From NCBI GenBank assembly GCA_051252135.1, contig JBPOGH010000006.1:1-64000 (forward strand): a stretch of DNA of 64,000 nt. Reading direction: 5' to 3'. This document shows positions 56,222 through 64,000 of the stretch, piece after piece. The notes under the pieces were generated by a model that was not told where the DNA came from, searched no databases, and saw nothing but the letters and a program-made list of their open reading frames with translations. The stretch's first letter is position 1. Every line of letters starts with the position of its first letter. The DNA comes from Verrucomicrobiaceae bacterium. Its GTDB lineage: Bacteria > Verrucomicrobiota > Verrucomicrobiia > Verrucomicrobiales > Akkermansiaceae. The position numbers and the translations under genes were made by a program.

Positions 56222-59200
56222 TTAGTTTTTGGTCATTGTTTCGTCGAGGTTGAGGAGGGTTTGGGCGACGGCGGTGGCGGCGGCGAGGTGGACGGGGTTG
56301 TGGGTTTTCAGGTCGAGGGGGAGGGGTTTGTAGGTGGTGATGAGTTGGGTGGCGGACTCGGGGGTGATGTTTTGTTTTTGTTGGTCGAAGAGGTTTTGGA
56401 GGACGGCGAGTTCTTCGGTGTTGGGAGGTCGGGAGGTGCAGTGCTCGAAGGCTTGGGCGATGGAGGTTTCGAGAATGCGGGCGCCGAGGGCGACGGCGGC
56501 CTCGACGGACATGGATTCGTTGAGGGTGACGAGGGCCTGGAGGGGGGTGGTGGAGATAGTGCGTCGGACGCAGGCGGCGTCGCCGGTGGCGGCATCGAAA
56601 GCGGCGAGCATGGGGTAGGGGACGCTGCGGAAGCGGAAGGTGTAGAGGGCGCGGCGGTAGCGCTGGGAGTCCATCTCGGTGTGCCAGATTTTGGGGCCAT
56701 AGGAGGCGGGTTTTTGGAAGAGGAAGGCGGGGGCGGGAGGGAAGACGCAGCGGCCTCCGAGGTCGAGATTGATGAGTCCGCTGGTGGTGAGTTGGATGTC
56801 GCGGAGGGTTTCGGCGGGGACGCGGAAGCGGGGGCCGCGGGCGAGGAGGCGGTTTTTGGGGTCTTTTTCGCGGAGGAGGGATTTGTGGGTGGAGTCTTGT
56901 TGGTAGGTGGCGCTGGAGACGATGAGGCGGTGGATGTGCTTCATGGACCAGTCGTTTTCCATGAGTTCGACGGCGAGCCAGTCGAGGAGTTCGGGATGTG
57001 AGGGGCGCGGGCTTTGGAGGCCGAGGTCCTCGGGGGTTTCGAGGAGGCCGGTGCTAAAATAGGATTGCCAGATGCGGTTGACGAGGGTGCGGGCGGCGGT
57101 GGGTGAATCGGGTGCGACGAGCCACTTGGCGAAGGTGAGGCGGGAGTGGGGGTCGCCTTCAGGAAGTGGATTGAGGAAGGCGGGGACGTGGGGTGTGACC
57201 TCGTGTTTGGGTTGAGTGTAGTCGCCCCGGTCGAGGAGGCGGGTGACGCGGGGCGAGGCGACCTTGCTGGCGACGAGGGCGACGGCGGGGACGGGGTGTG
57301 ATTTCCAGAGTGATTCGATTTGTTCGTTGTAAGAAGCGAAGTTGGGATTGAGGGAGCGCCAGTGGCTGAAGAGGCGGGATTCTTGTTCGGGGGTGCGCTT
57401 TTCGGCGGTGAGGGCTTCTTTGACGAGAGGTGGAAGAGAGTCGAAGGCGTTGGGAATGGCGCTGGAGAAGGAGAGTCGGAAGCGGCCGATGTTGAAGGTT
57501 TGGTTGTCATCGGAGTTGATTCCGCCGTGGCGCTGGGAGAGGAAGGTTTTGAGGTCGAGGGAAGGGGCGTTTTGGAGGGGTTCGGTGAGCTCGAAGACGA
57601 GGACCTGGGGATCGTTGGAGCGGCCGGGGCCTTGGTCGGTGGTCCAGGCGGTTTTGTCATTTCCATCGATGGCGTAGGCGGCGTGGCCGGTGATGCGGTC
57701 GTCGGGTCCGCGTTCCGCATTGAGCGGGTAGCGCATGGGGTCGAGCTTGGCGTCGGGTGGATTGACGGAGGCGGCGGCGTTTTTGAAGTTGGCGTTCTTT
57801 CCGTTGACCTTGAGTTGGTATTCTGAGAGGGCGGCGGTGCCGGCCATGGATCGACCGGGTCCGTTGAGGGAGAGGTAGGGGTCGTTGAGGAGTTCGATGC
57901 GGACAGAGCTGACCGTGTCGAGGGTGGTGGGTTGGTGCTGGAAGGGGGCGGTCATCATGGTGGCGGCGTAGCCTTGGTTGATGAGGGAGCCGTCGGGGCG
58001 GTTCTGGTATTTTTGGCCATCGTCGCCGAACTGGGCGAGGTCTTGTACGATCCATTCCGTACGTGGGAGGGCGAGGAGGTCGGACTGCCATTGCCGGAAG
58101 TCGGCTTGCCAGGCGGGTGTTTCGGACTTGAGGCGCGACTCGATGTCGGAGGTGGCCTTTTTAATCCGGGCGATCTTTTGGTGGTCGGTTTTTGAGTAGG
58201 CGGGGCGGGAGGTTTCGCGGATGGAATTGAGGTAGGCGAACATGCCGAAGTATTCGTCGTGGGTGAGGGGGTCGTATTTATGGGTGTGGCATTGGGCGCA
58301 CTGGGTGGTGATGCCGAGGACACCTTTGCCGATGGCATCCATTTGGTCGTAGATGCCCTCGATGCGGAACTGCTCAAGCTTGGCTCCGGCTTCTTCATTG
58401 GCCATGGAATGGCGAAGGTAGCCGGTGGCGATGTGGTCGTCCCGGGTGGCGTTGGGGAGAAGGTCGCCGGCGATTTGTTTGATGACGAAGTCGTCGTAGC
58501 TCATGTCGGAGTTGATGGCGTTGACGACCCAATCGCGGTAGAAATGCATTTCGCGCGGGAGGTCTTTTTCGTAGCCGGCAGAGTCGGCGTAGCGGGCGAC
58601 ATCGAGCCATTCGCGTCCCCATTTTTCACCGTGATGGGGGGAGGAGAGGAGATTCGAGATTTGGGAGTCGAGATTTGAAATTTGAAAGGTGGAGAGATCG
58701 GAGAGGGATGGAGGGAGTCCTACGAGATCGAGGTGGAGGCGGCGGAGGAGGGTGCGTGGTTTTGCGGGAGCGGAGGGTTGGAGGTCGGCGGACTCGAGTT
58801 GGGCGAGGATGAAGCGGTCGATGTCGTTTTTGGGCCAAGTGGTATTTTTGACGTCCGGGGGAGTGGGACGGGTGGGAGGGGAGAAGGCCCAGTGGGTGCC
58901 CCATTCGGCACCTTCGTTGATCCAGTCGGTGAGGATGCTGATTTGTTCCGGGGTGAGCGGGTCTTTTTTGCCGAGGGGCGGCATGTGATCGTCGGGATCG
59001 GTGGTGGTGACGCGCTGGATGAGGAGGGAGTTGGAGGCGTCGCCGGGAGTGATGGCGGAGCCGGAGTCGCCTCCTTTGAGGGCGAGTTCGCGTTGGTCGA
59101 GGCGGAGGTCGGCTTCGGCGGCGGCTTCATCGGGGCCGTGGCAGGCGTAGCAGTTGTTTGAGAGGATGGGTTGGACCTGGGTGGCGAAGTCGATTTTGGC

Positions 59201-59245
59201 TCCGAGGGGGAGGGAGAGGGCCAAGGTGAGGATGAGAGATCGCAT
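56222..59245 (-). CDS. PSD1/planctomycete cytochrome c protein (DUF1549 + DUF1553)
   Basis: CYACHG, CAQCH, WLDVARYADS, PSHPELLDWLA, TTPLQALVTLN. Confidence 0.93.
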   Translation of the reverse strand: MRSLILTLALSLPLGAKIDFATQVQPILSNNCYACHGPDEAAAEADLRLDQRELALKGGDSGSAITPGDASNSLLIQRVTTTDPDDHMPPLGKKDPLTPEQISILTDWINEGAEWGTHWAFSPPTRPTPPDVKNTTWPKNDIDRFILAQLESADLQPSAPAKPRTLLRRLHLDLVGLPPSLSDLSTFQISNLDSQISNLLSSPHHGEKWGREWLDVARYADSAGYEKDLPREMHFYRDWVVNAINSDMSYDDFVIKQIAGDLLPNATRDDHIATGYLRHSMANEEAGAKLEQFRIEGIYDQMDAIGKGVLGITTQCAQCHTHKYDPLTHDEYFGMFAYLNSIRETSRPAYSKTDHQKIARIKKATSDIESRLKSETPAWQADFRQWQSDLLALPRTEWIVQDLAQFGDDGQKYQNRPDGSLINQGYAATMMTAPFQHQPTTLDTVSSVRIELLNDPYLSLNGPGRSMAGTAALSEYQLKVNGKNANFKNAAASVNPPDAKLDPMRYPLNAERGPDDRITGHAAYAIDGNDKTAWTTDQGPGRSNDPQVLVFELTEPLQNAPSLDLKTFLSQRHGGINSDDNQTFNIGRFRLSFSSAIPNAFDSLPPLVKEALTAEKRTPEQESRLFSHWRSLNPNFASYNEQIESLWKSHPVPAVALVASKVASPRVTRLLDRGDYTQPKHEVTPHVPAFLNPLPEGDPHSRLTFAKWLVAPDSPTAARTLVNRIWQSYFSTGLLETPEDLGLQSPRPSHPELLDWLAVELMENDWSMKHIHRLIVSSATYQQDSTHKSLLREKDPKNRLLARGPRFRVPAETLRDIQLTTSGLINLDLGGRCVFPPAPAFLFQKPASYGPKIWHTEMDSQRYRRALYTFRFRSVPYPMLAAFDAATGDAACVRRTISTTPLQALVTLNESMSVEAAVALGARILETSIAQAFEHCTSRPPNTEELAVLQNLFDQQKQNITPESATQLITTYKPLPLDLKTHNPVHLAAATAVAQTLLNLDETMTKN

Positions 59246-59316
59246 GTTGGGGAAAGATACGTGAGTGGAGTGCGTTTTTCCATGTCATACAGATTGAATT
59301 TTGGTATTTTTCGCTC

Positions 59317-60015
59317 ATGCGCGGTTTGCAGGAGTTATTTGAGCATCTTCCGATGGTGGTGTTTTGGGTGAAGGATCGGGAGGGGAGATTTGTGCGATGT
59401 AACCGGAGGTTTGAGGACTTCCACGGGCTGGGACGTGGTGAGTGGAAGGGGATGACGGATTTTGATTTGCATGCGCCGGAGATGGCGGCGCGGTATCGGG
59501 AGGAGGATGAGCGGGTGATCGAGGCGGGAGAGGCCTTGCCGAACGAGGTGTGGATGGTGCCGGACCGGAAGGGGGTGCTGCATTGGTGGGTGTCGACGAA
59601 AGCGCCGGTGATGAGCCCTGAAGGGGAGATTTGCGGGGTGGCGGGGGCGATGTATGAGATCGCGGATGCGGCGGGGATGATGAGTCCGTATGATCGGCTG
59701 GAGGGGGCGCTGACGCTGCTGCATCAGGAGTATGGGAGGACGTTGAGCGGGGAGGAGTTGGCGAAGGCGTCGTTTCTTTCGGTGAGTCAGTTTAACCGGG
59801 TGTTTCGGGAGGTGATGGGGCAGTCGGTGAAGGAGTATCTCAATTCACTGAGAGTGGAGATGGCGAAGGGGTTGTTGTTGCAGACCGACAAGACGCTGGC
59901 GGAGATTGCGGGGGAGGTGGGGTTTTATGACGGGAGTGAGTTTGGGAAGAGGTTTAAGAAGAAGGAGGGGGTGACGCCGAGGGAGTATCGGGGGAGGTTG
60001 AGGATTGGGAATTAG
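59317..60015 (+). CDS. AraC family regulator with N-terminal PAS domain
   Basis: FWVKDREGRF..CN; C-terminal AraC HTH (IAGEVGFYDGS.F..FKK..GVTP.EYR); divergent from the PSD1 operon. Confidence 0.92.
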   Translation: MRGLQELFEHLPMVVFWVKDREGRFVRCNRRFEDFHGLGRGEWKGMTDFDLHAPEMAARYREEDERVIEAGEALPNEVWMVPDRKGVLHWWVSTKAPVMSPEGEICGVAGAMYEIADAAGMMSPYDRLEGALTLLHQEYGRTLSGEELAKASFLSVSQFNRVFREVMGQSVKEYLNSLRVEMAKGLLLQTDKTLAEIAGEVGFYDGSEFGKRFKKKEGVTPREYRGRLRIGN

Positions 60016-60109
60016 GAATTGGGTTGAGTGAGGTGGCCTTTTTTGATGCGTCTATTGAGGAAGGCTTGTTGGTGTGGAATGTGCATGGCATTCTGTTGTG
60101 GTGCCGAAG

Positions 60110-61507
60110 ATGAGGAAAACGCGGATTATTTGCACTCTGGGTCCCGCGACAGAGTCACCTGAGAAGTTGAGGGAAATGATTGCCGCGGGGGCTGACGTTT
60201 TCCGGCTGAATATGAGTCATGCGGAGCATGGTTGGTGTCACGATGTGGTGAAGCGGATTCGGGAGGCGTCCAAGGATGTCGGACGGACGGTGGGAGTGCT
60301 TTTTGATCTGCAGGGACCGTCGATCCGGACGGGAGATGTGGAGGGGAAGATTTTGCTGGAGAAGGGTGATCAGGTGGAGTTTCGGGTGGAGGGATCGGAG
60401 CCATCGATTGAGAAGTCGACGACGGTGAATTATGCGGGGTTGATGAAGGATGTTTCGGAGGGATCGGAGCTGACGGTTGATAACGGGGAGCTGCTGATGA
60501 AGGTGGGGCGGATGGCGGAGGACCGGATGATTTGCGAGGTGATCACGTCGGGATCGATGGGGTCGCGTCGGCATATCAACTTGCCGGGAGTGCGGCTGAA
60601 TTTACCGGCGTTGACGGAGAAGGATCACGCGGATTTGAAGGTGGCTGCGGAGTGCCATGCGGATTTTGTGGCGGGTTCTTTTGTGCGCGATGCGGGGCAT
60701 GTGCGTGAGTTGCGCGCGGCGCTCAAGGCAGCGGGCGGGACGGCGCAAATTGTGTCGAAGCTTGAGGATCAGGAGGCGATGAAGCATTTGGATGACATCA
60801 TTCGGGAGTCTGATGTGATCATGGTAGCGAGGGGTGATTTGGGGATTGAGGTGCATGTGGAGGAGTTGCCGATTATTCAGCGGCGGATTGTGAAGCGGTG
60901 CCATGAGATCGGGCGGCGGGTGATTGTGGCGACGCATATGCTGGAGTCGATGATCAGCAGTCCGACGCCGACGCGGGCGGAGGTGACGGATGTCTCGAAC
61001 GCGGTTTATGAGGAGGCGGATGCGATCATGCTTTCCGGAGAAACGACGGTTGGTAAATATCCGGTGCGCTGTGTGGAGCTGATGGATCGGGTGGCGCGAC
61101 GGATTGAACGGTCCGGAGCGTTGGGGTATGGCGGGAGCGCGACCCTGAAGACGGAGAAGCAGAAGACGATCAAGGCGGCTCTGGGGCTGGCGGACTCGAT
61201 TCCGGATGCGTTGGTGGTGGTGTTTACGAAGTCGGGTGCGACGGCGCATCAGGCGGCGTTGCTGCGGCCGAAGTCGGCAATTTTTGCGTTCACGCCGGAT
61301 GCGGAAGTGTGTCAGGCGCTGACGCTGTCGCGCGGGGTGCGGTCGTTTGAGGTGCCGTTTTCCGAGAAGCCGCGGGATACGATATCGGCTGCGGTGGACT
61401 TGCTGAGAAGTCAGCGGGATGTGGAGCAGGGGACGCCGCTGGTGGTGGTGAGTGATATTTTACACCAGGATATGTCGGTGGATTCGATCCTTCTGGTGCA
61501 TGCTTAG
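60110..61507 (+). CDS. pyk: Pyruvate kinase
   Basis: TRIICTLGPA, RLNMSH, IMVARGDLG, PTRAEVTDV, MLSGET. Confidence 0.97.
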   Translation: MRKTRIICTLGPATESPEKLREMIAAGADVFRLNMSHAEHGWCHDVVKRIREASKDVGRTVGVLFDLQGPSIRTGDVEGKILLEKGDQVEFRVEGSEPSIEKSTTVNYAGLMKDVSEGSELTVDNGELLMKVGRMAEDRMICEVITSGSMGSRRHINLPGVRLNLPALTEKDHADLKVAAECHADFVAGSFVRDAGHVRELRAALKAAGGTAQIVSKLEDQEAMKHLDDIIRESDVIMVARGDLGIEVHVEELPIIQRRIVKRCHEIGRRVIVATHMLESMISSPTPTRAEVTDVSNAVYEEADAIMLSGETTVGKYPVRCVELMDRVARRIERSGALGYGGSATLKTEKQKTIKAALGLADSIPDALVVVFTKSGATAHQAALLRPKSAIFAFTPDAEVCQALTLSRGVRSFEVPFSEKPRDTISAAVDLLRSQRDVEQGTPLVVVSDILHQDMSVDSILLVHA

Positions 61508-61518
61508 GGGGGAAATTT

Positions 61519-61661
61519 AAACCGCAGATGGACAGGATGAATGGGATTTCCCGGGTTGAGGGGGAGGCCCGGGCGTGGGCAAATTGTGGGAGTGGAGGCG
61601 GTGTGGTTATGGGGAGGCTTGTTCACTCGGAGTCACGGAGGATGCGGAGGTTTCCGCAGAG
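61519..61661. repeat. Intergenic 9-bp-period repeat modules
   Basis: AACCGCAGATGGACAGGATGAATGGGAT (27/28 identical to 63259-63286) and CTCGGAGTC-ACGGAGGAT-GCGGAG. Confidence 0.75.
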
Positions 61662-61667
61662 AAGGGT

Positions 61668-62117
61668 TTATTTTTTGAAGGGAGTATTTGGATCAAAGTG
61701 GTTGATCGAGATGAGGGGGTGGGTTTGATCTTCGACTCCATTGGAAATGGGGTGGAGTTTCGATTTAGAGCCATTTTGGATGAGCTTCCATTGCGTGGCG
61801 TAGAGGGGCAGTGCTGAAGGTGACTCCTCTGGTGTGTGCAGAATAAGGGTGTTTTCCTCAATAGAGAAGGTGCCCGTGTAGGGGTAGTTGGCCTCAGTCG
61901 GAATGTCCGAATAGAACCAGTAGAAATAGCGGTCTCCTGAGATGGCGAGGGCGATCTAACCATCCAGGTTGGACTGCATGACCCAGGCTTTATCGAAGTT
62001 CTGAGGGAGAGTTGAAATCGATTTGTTGAGATCGGTTGATATGGGTGAATTTTTCTCGTCTCTGCAACTCACTACAGCAAGGGACGTAATGATTACAAAC
62101 GAGAGGAATGGTTTCAT
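61668..62117 (-). pseudogene. Lipoprotein gene interrupted by an in-frame TAG at 61956-61958
   Basis: Lipobox VVSC; the same frame continues 95 codons past the TAG as globular-looking sequence, ending at TAA 61668. Confidence 0.65.
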
Positions 62118-62572
62118 TTTTTGCGGGTGATTGGACCGGGGCGGAATGATTCGTCTTGGGGTGGTTCCGGGAGGAGGAGAAGTTCCCCGGAATCTTCGAC
62201 AAAGCGCATGTAGGTGGTCGCGCCGGTTTGGGAGGTGAGGTGGAGGTTCCAGTCGCCTCGCTGCCAGGTTCCTTTGATGGATTGTCCTTTTAAGTCGGCG
62301 CTGAAAGTGGCGTCGGGGTTGAGCCGGATGTTGTAGTTGTCGCCCTGCCAATGTCCGTGGGTGTCGGAATCAGATTTGATTGTGGGGTTCCATTCGTCGA
62401 TGCCCTGAGAAATGAGGAAGAGTGCGATCCAAGGGAGGAGGATGATGCTGATGCCGAAGGCGAGGCGGGCTTTTGATGTTTTGCCGCGAATGGCGATGAG
62501 GAGACCGATTACGAAGGACCCGATGATGATGGGTAGGATGAACAAGAATCCGAATGGTTCAGGAAGTGTCAT
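62114..62572 (-). CDS. Hypothetical membrane protein
   Basis: Two TM helices plus a small beta domain; ATGA overlap with the next gene. Confidence 0.7.
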   Translation of the reverse strand: MTLPEPFGFLFILPIIIGSFVIGLLIAIRGKTSKARLAFGISIILLPWIALFLISQGIDEWNPTIKSDSDTHGHWQGDNYNIRLNPDATFSADLKGQSIKGTWQRGDWNLHLTSQTGATTYMRFVEDSGELLLLPEPPQDESFRPGPITRKK

Positions 62573-62588
62573 TCTTTGATCGGAGAGG

Positions 62589-63119
62589 TTATTGCTCCGG
62601 CTGGGGGATGGGCCAGATGGGGTCGTCTTGGGTGAAGAGTTTTTTATCGGGGCCGGCGGAGCGGAGTTCGAAGACGTCGCTGGAGATTGTGTGGATGTGG
62701 ATGGGGGTGCCCCAGCGGTCGATGATCATTTTTTCCTCGTTGAAGATGTGGGAGTCGGGGGAGACGAAGGGGGTTTTGTAGTTGTTTTTTCCGCGGAGGA
62801 GGGCGGAGAGGTCTTCGTTGATGGCGTATTGTTGGGTGTCGCGGCTTTTGAGGAGGAGGAAGACGTTGGTGAGGTAGTTGTAGAAGAGTTTGATGTCTTC
62901 CTTGCCATTGGAGGAGGGAGAGGCGTAGTCGGCGAGGATGCGGTCGCCCATGGCTTGTTCGGGGTATTCGCGGGCGGGAGGGGTTTCGGTGGATGGGGGT
63001 GGAGTGGATTGTTTTTGGGGAGATGGTTCCGCGGGGGGGGTGGAGAGGGAGTAGACGAGGAGCCAGAGAAGGCCGAGGATGAAGCCGACGGTGAGGACGA
63101 GGAGGAGGTGTTTGCGCAT
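62589..63119 (-). CDS. Hypothetical protein with GspG-like C-terminal motif
   Basis: N-terminal TM; DRWGTP...ELRSAGPD...TQDD. Confidence 0.7.
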   Translation of the reverse strand: MRKHLLLVLTVGFILGLLWLLVYSLSTPPAEPSPQKQSTPPPSTETPPAREYPEQAMGDRILADYASPSSNGKEDIKLFYNYLTNVFLLLKSRDTQQYAINEDLSALLRGKNNYKTPFVSPDSHIFNEEKMIIDRWGTPIHIHTISSDVFELRSAGPDKKLFTQDDPIWPIPQPEQ

Positions 63120-63123
63120 GGCG

Positions 63124-63359
63124 GTGGGCGGTGGACTGTGGGCGGTGGACGGGGTGGGAGGGGAGGAACCACGAAAGATACGAAATGGACGAAACTTGGT
63201 TGAGGGTTTTTGAACGCGAATTTTGCGAAGGTTGGGGGGCTTGGTTGGGGAGTTTTTTAACCGCAGATGGACAGGATGGATGGGATGGCTTGGTTGAGGG
63301 GGCTTGGTTGGGGGGGGGCTTGGTTGGGGGGGCAGAGCGGGACGCTCTTGCTCCTTATT
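63124..63359. repeat. Mosaic intergenic array with the same architecture as 55974-56220
   Basis: 7-mer x4, three 9-mer modules, GGCTTGGTTGRGGG linkers and a GGAG-headed hairpin. Confidence 0.85.
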
Positions 63360-63361
63360 TT

Positions 63362-64000
63362 TTAGAAGGTGTTGGGTTTGAGGAAGCCCAGGGGGAAGGT
63401 GGATTGGTCGGTGGGGTCGATGGTGGAGACGTCGAAGAAGTTGTCGAGGTTGGGGAGGACGGTTTCGAAATTTGAGGTGCCGGAGAGGCCGAACCAGAGG
63501 AGGAGTTCGGCGAAGAATTCGTCGACGGAAGTGGTGGGGAGGAGGCGTCCGCGGGAGCTGGTGTCATCGGGGCCGCCGAGGGTGAGGTCGGGGAACTGGC
63601 CGAGGACTTTTCCGCCATCGACGGGGCCGCCGAAGATCATTTGGTTTCCGCCCCAGGCGTGGTCGGTTCCGGAGCCGTTGGACTGGATGGTGCGGGCGAA
63701 ATCGGAGGCGGTGAAGGTGACTACGGAGTCGTCGAGGCCGAGTTCCTCGATGGCGGTTTGGAAGGCTTCGAGGGCGGGGGCGAGTTCGGCGAGCATGTCG
63801 TTTTGAGGGGTGAGGAGGGCGGAGTGGTGGTCCCAGCCGCCCATGGAGAGGAAGATGGTTTGGCGTCGGAGGCCGAGCTCGGGGCGGAGCTTGATCATGC
63901 GGAGGGCGCCGAGGAGGCGTCGGCCGATATTGGTATCGGGCATGGGGGTGGTGATGAAGTTATCGGGGACGGAGTCGAAGTGCTGTTGGACGAATTCCTG
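63362..64000 (-). CDS. DUF1501 protein, C-terminal part (5' truncated by window end)
   Basis: GGWDHH, TASDFART..SNGSGTDHAWGG, GRLLPTTSVD. Confidence 0.9.
   Translation of the reverse strand, partial: QEFVQQHFDSVPDNFITTPMPDTNIGRRLLGALRMIKLRPELGLRRQTIFLSMGGWDHHSALLTPQNDMLAELAPALEAFQTAIEELGLDDSVVTFTASDFARTIQSNGSGTDHAWGGNQMIFGGPVDGGKVLGQFPDLTLGGPDDTSSRGRLLPTTSVDEFFAELLLWFGLSGTSNFETVLPNLDNFFDVSTIDPTDQSTFPLGFLKPNTF

Noticed and set aside
61956..61958. Pyrrolysine or genome-wide TAG recoding
   Set aside because: TAG terminates many conserved genes here (pyk, M42 peptidase, HAD, porin), and no pyl genes are visible

Overview
A 64 kb stretch of bacterial chromosome, most likely from the Verrucomicrobiota (Verrucomicrobiales-like). 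This is inferred from PVC-type DUF1501/PSD1 cytochrome c operons, the YdjY plus prenyltransferase pair and LamG/TSP3 exoproteins. It is mostly housekeeping: lipA, metX, coaX, lolC/E, ndh, recJ-recG, two amtB, a group-2 sigma factor, fused sdaAB, thrS-infC, tamAB, miaA, mrdA, fabG, rplS and pyk. I saw no rRNA, tRNA, CRISPR array or transposase. The more interesting signal lies outside the standard annotation. (1) Intergenic mosaic arrays join a constant G-rich linker to 7-bp and 9-bp periodic modules and GGAG/GTAG REP-like hairpins, and one heptamer tract lies inside a coding sequence. (2) Three unrelated secreted proteins share a C-terminal domain ending F[FY]R[VI], a candidate sorting signal. 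(3) Six sigma54-type promoters occur, including a back-to-back pair driving divergent amtB genes, one ahead of a candidate sRNA, and one ahead of a ~335-nt structured leader of an RRM protein. (4) Smaller items are a 285-bp MITE with a TTA duplication, a probable AUA start for infC, an unannotated 33-aa lipopeptide ORF and an amber-interrupted lipoprotein gene. All calls come from reading the sequence; no database searches were run.
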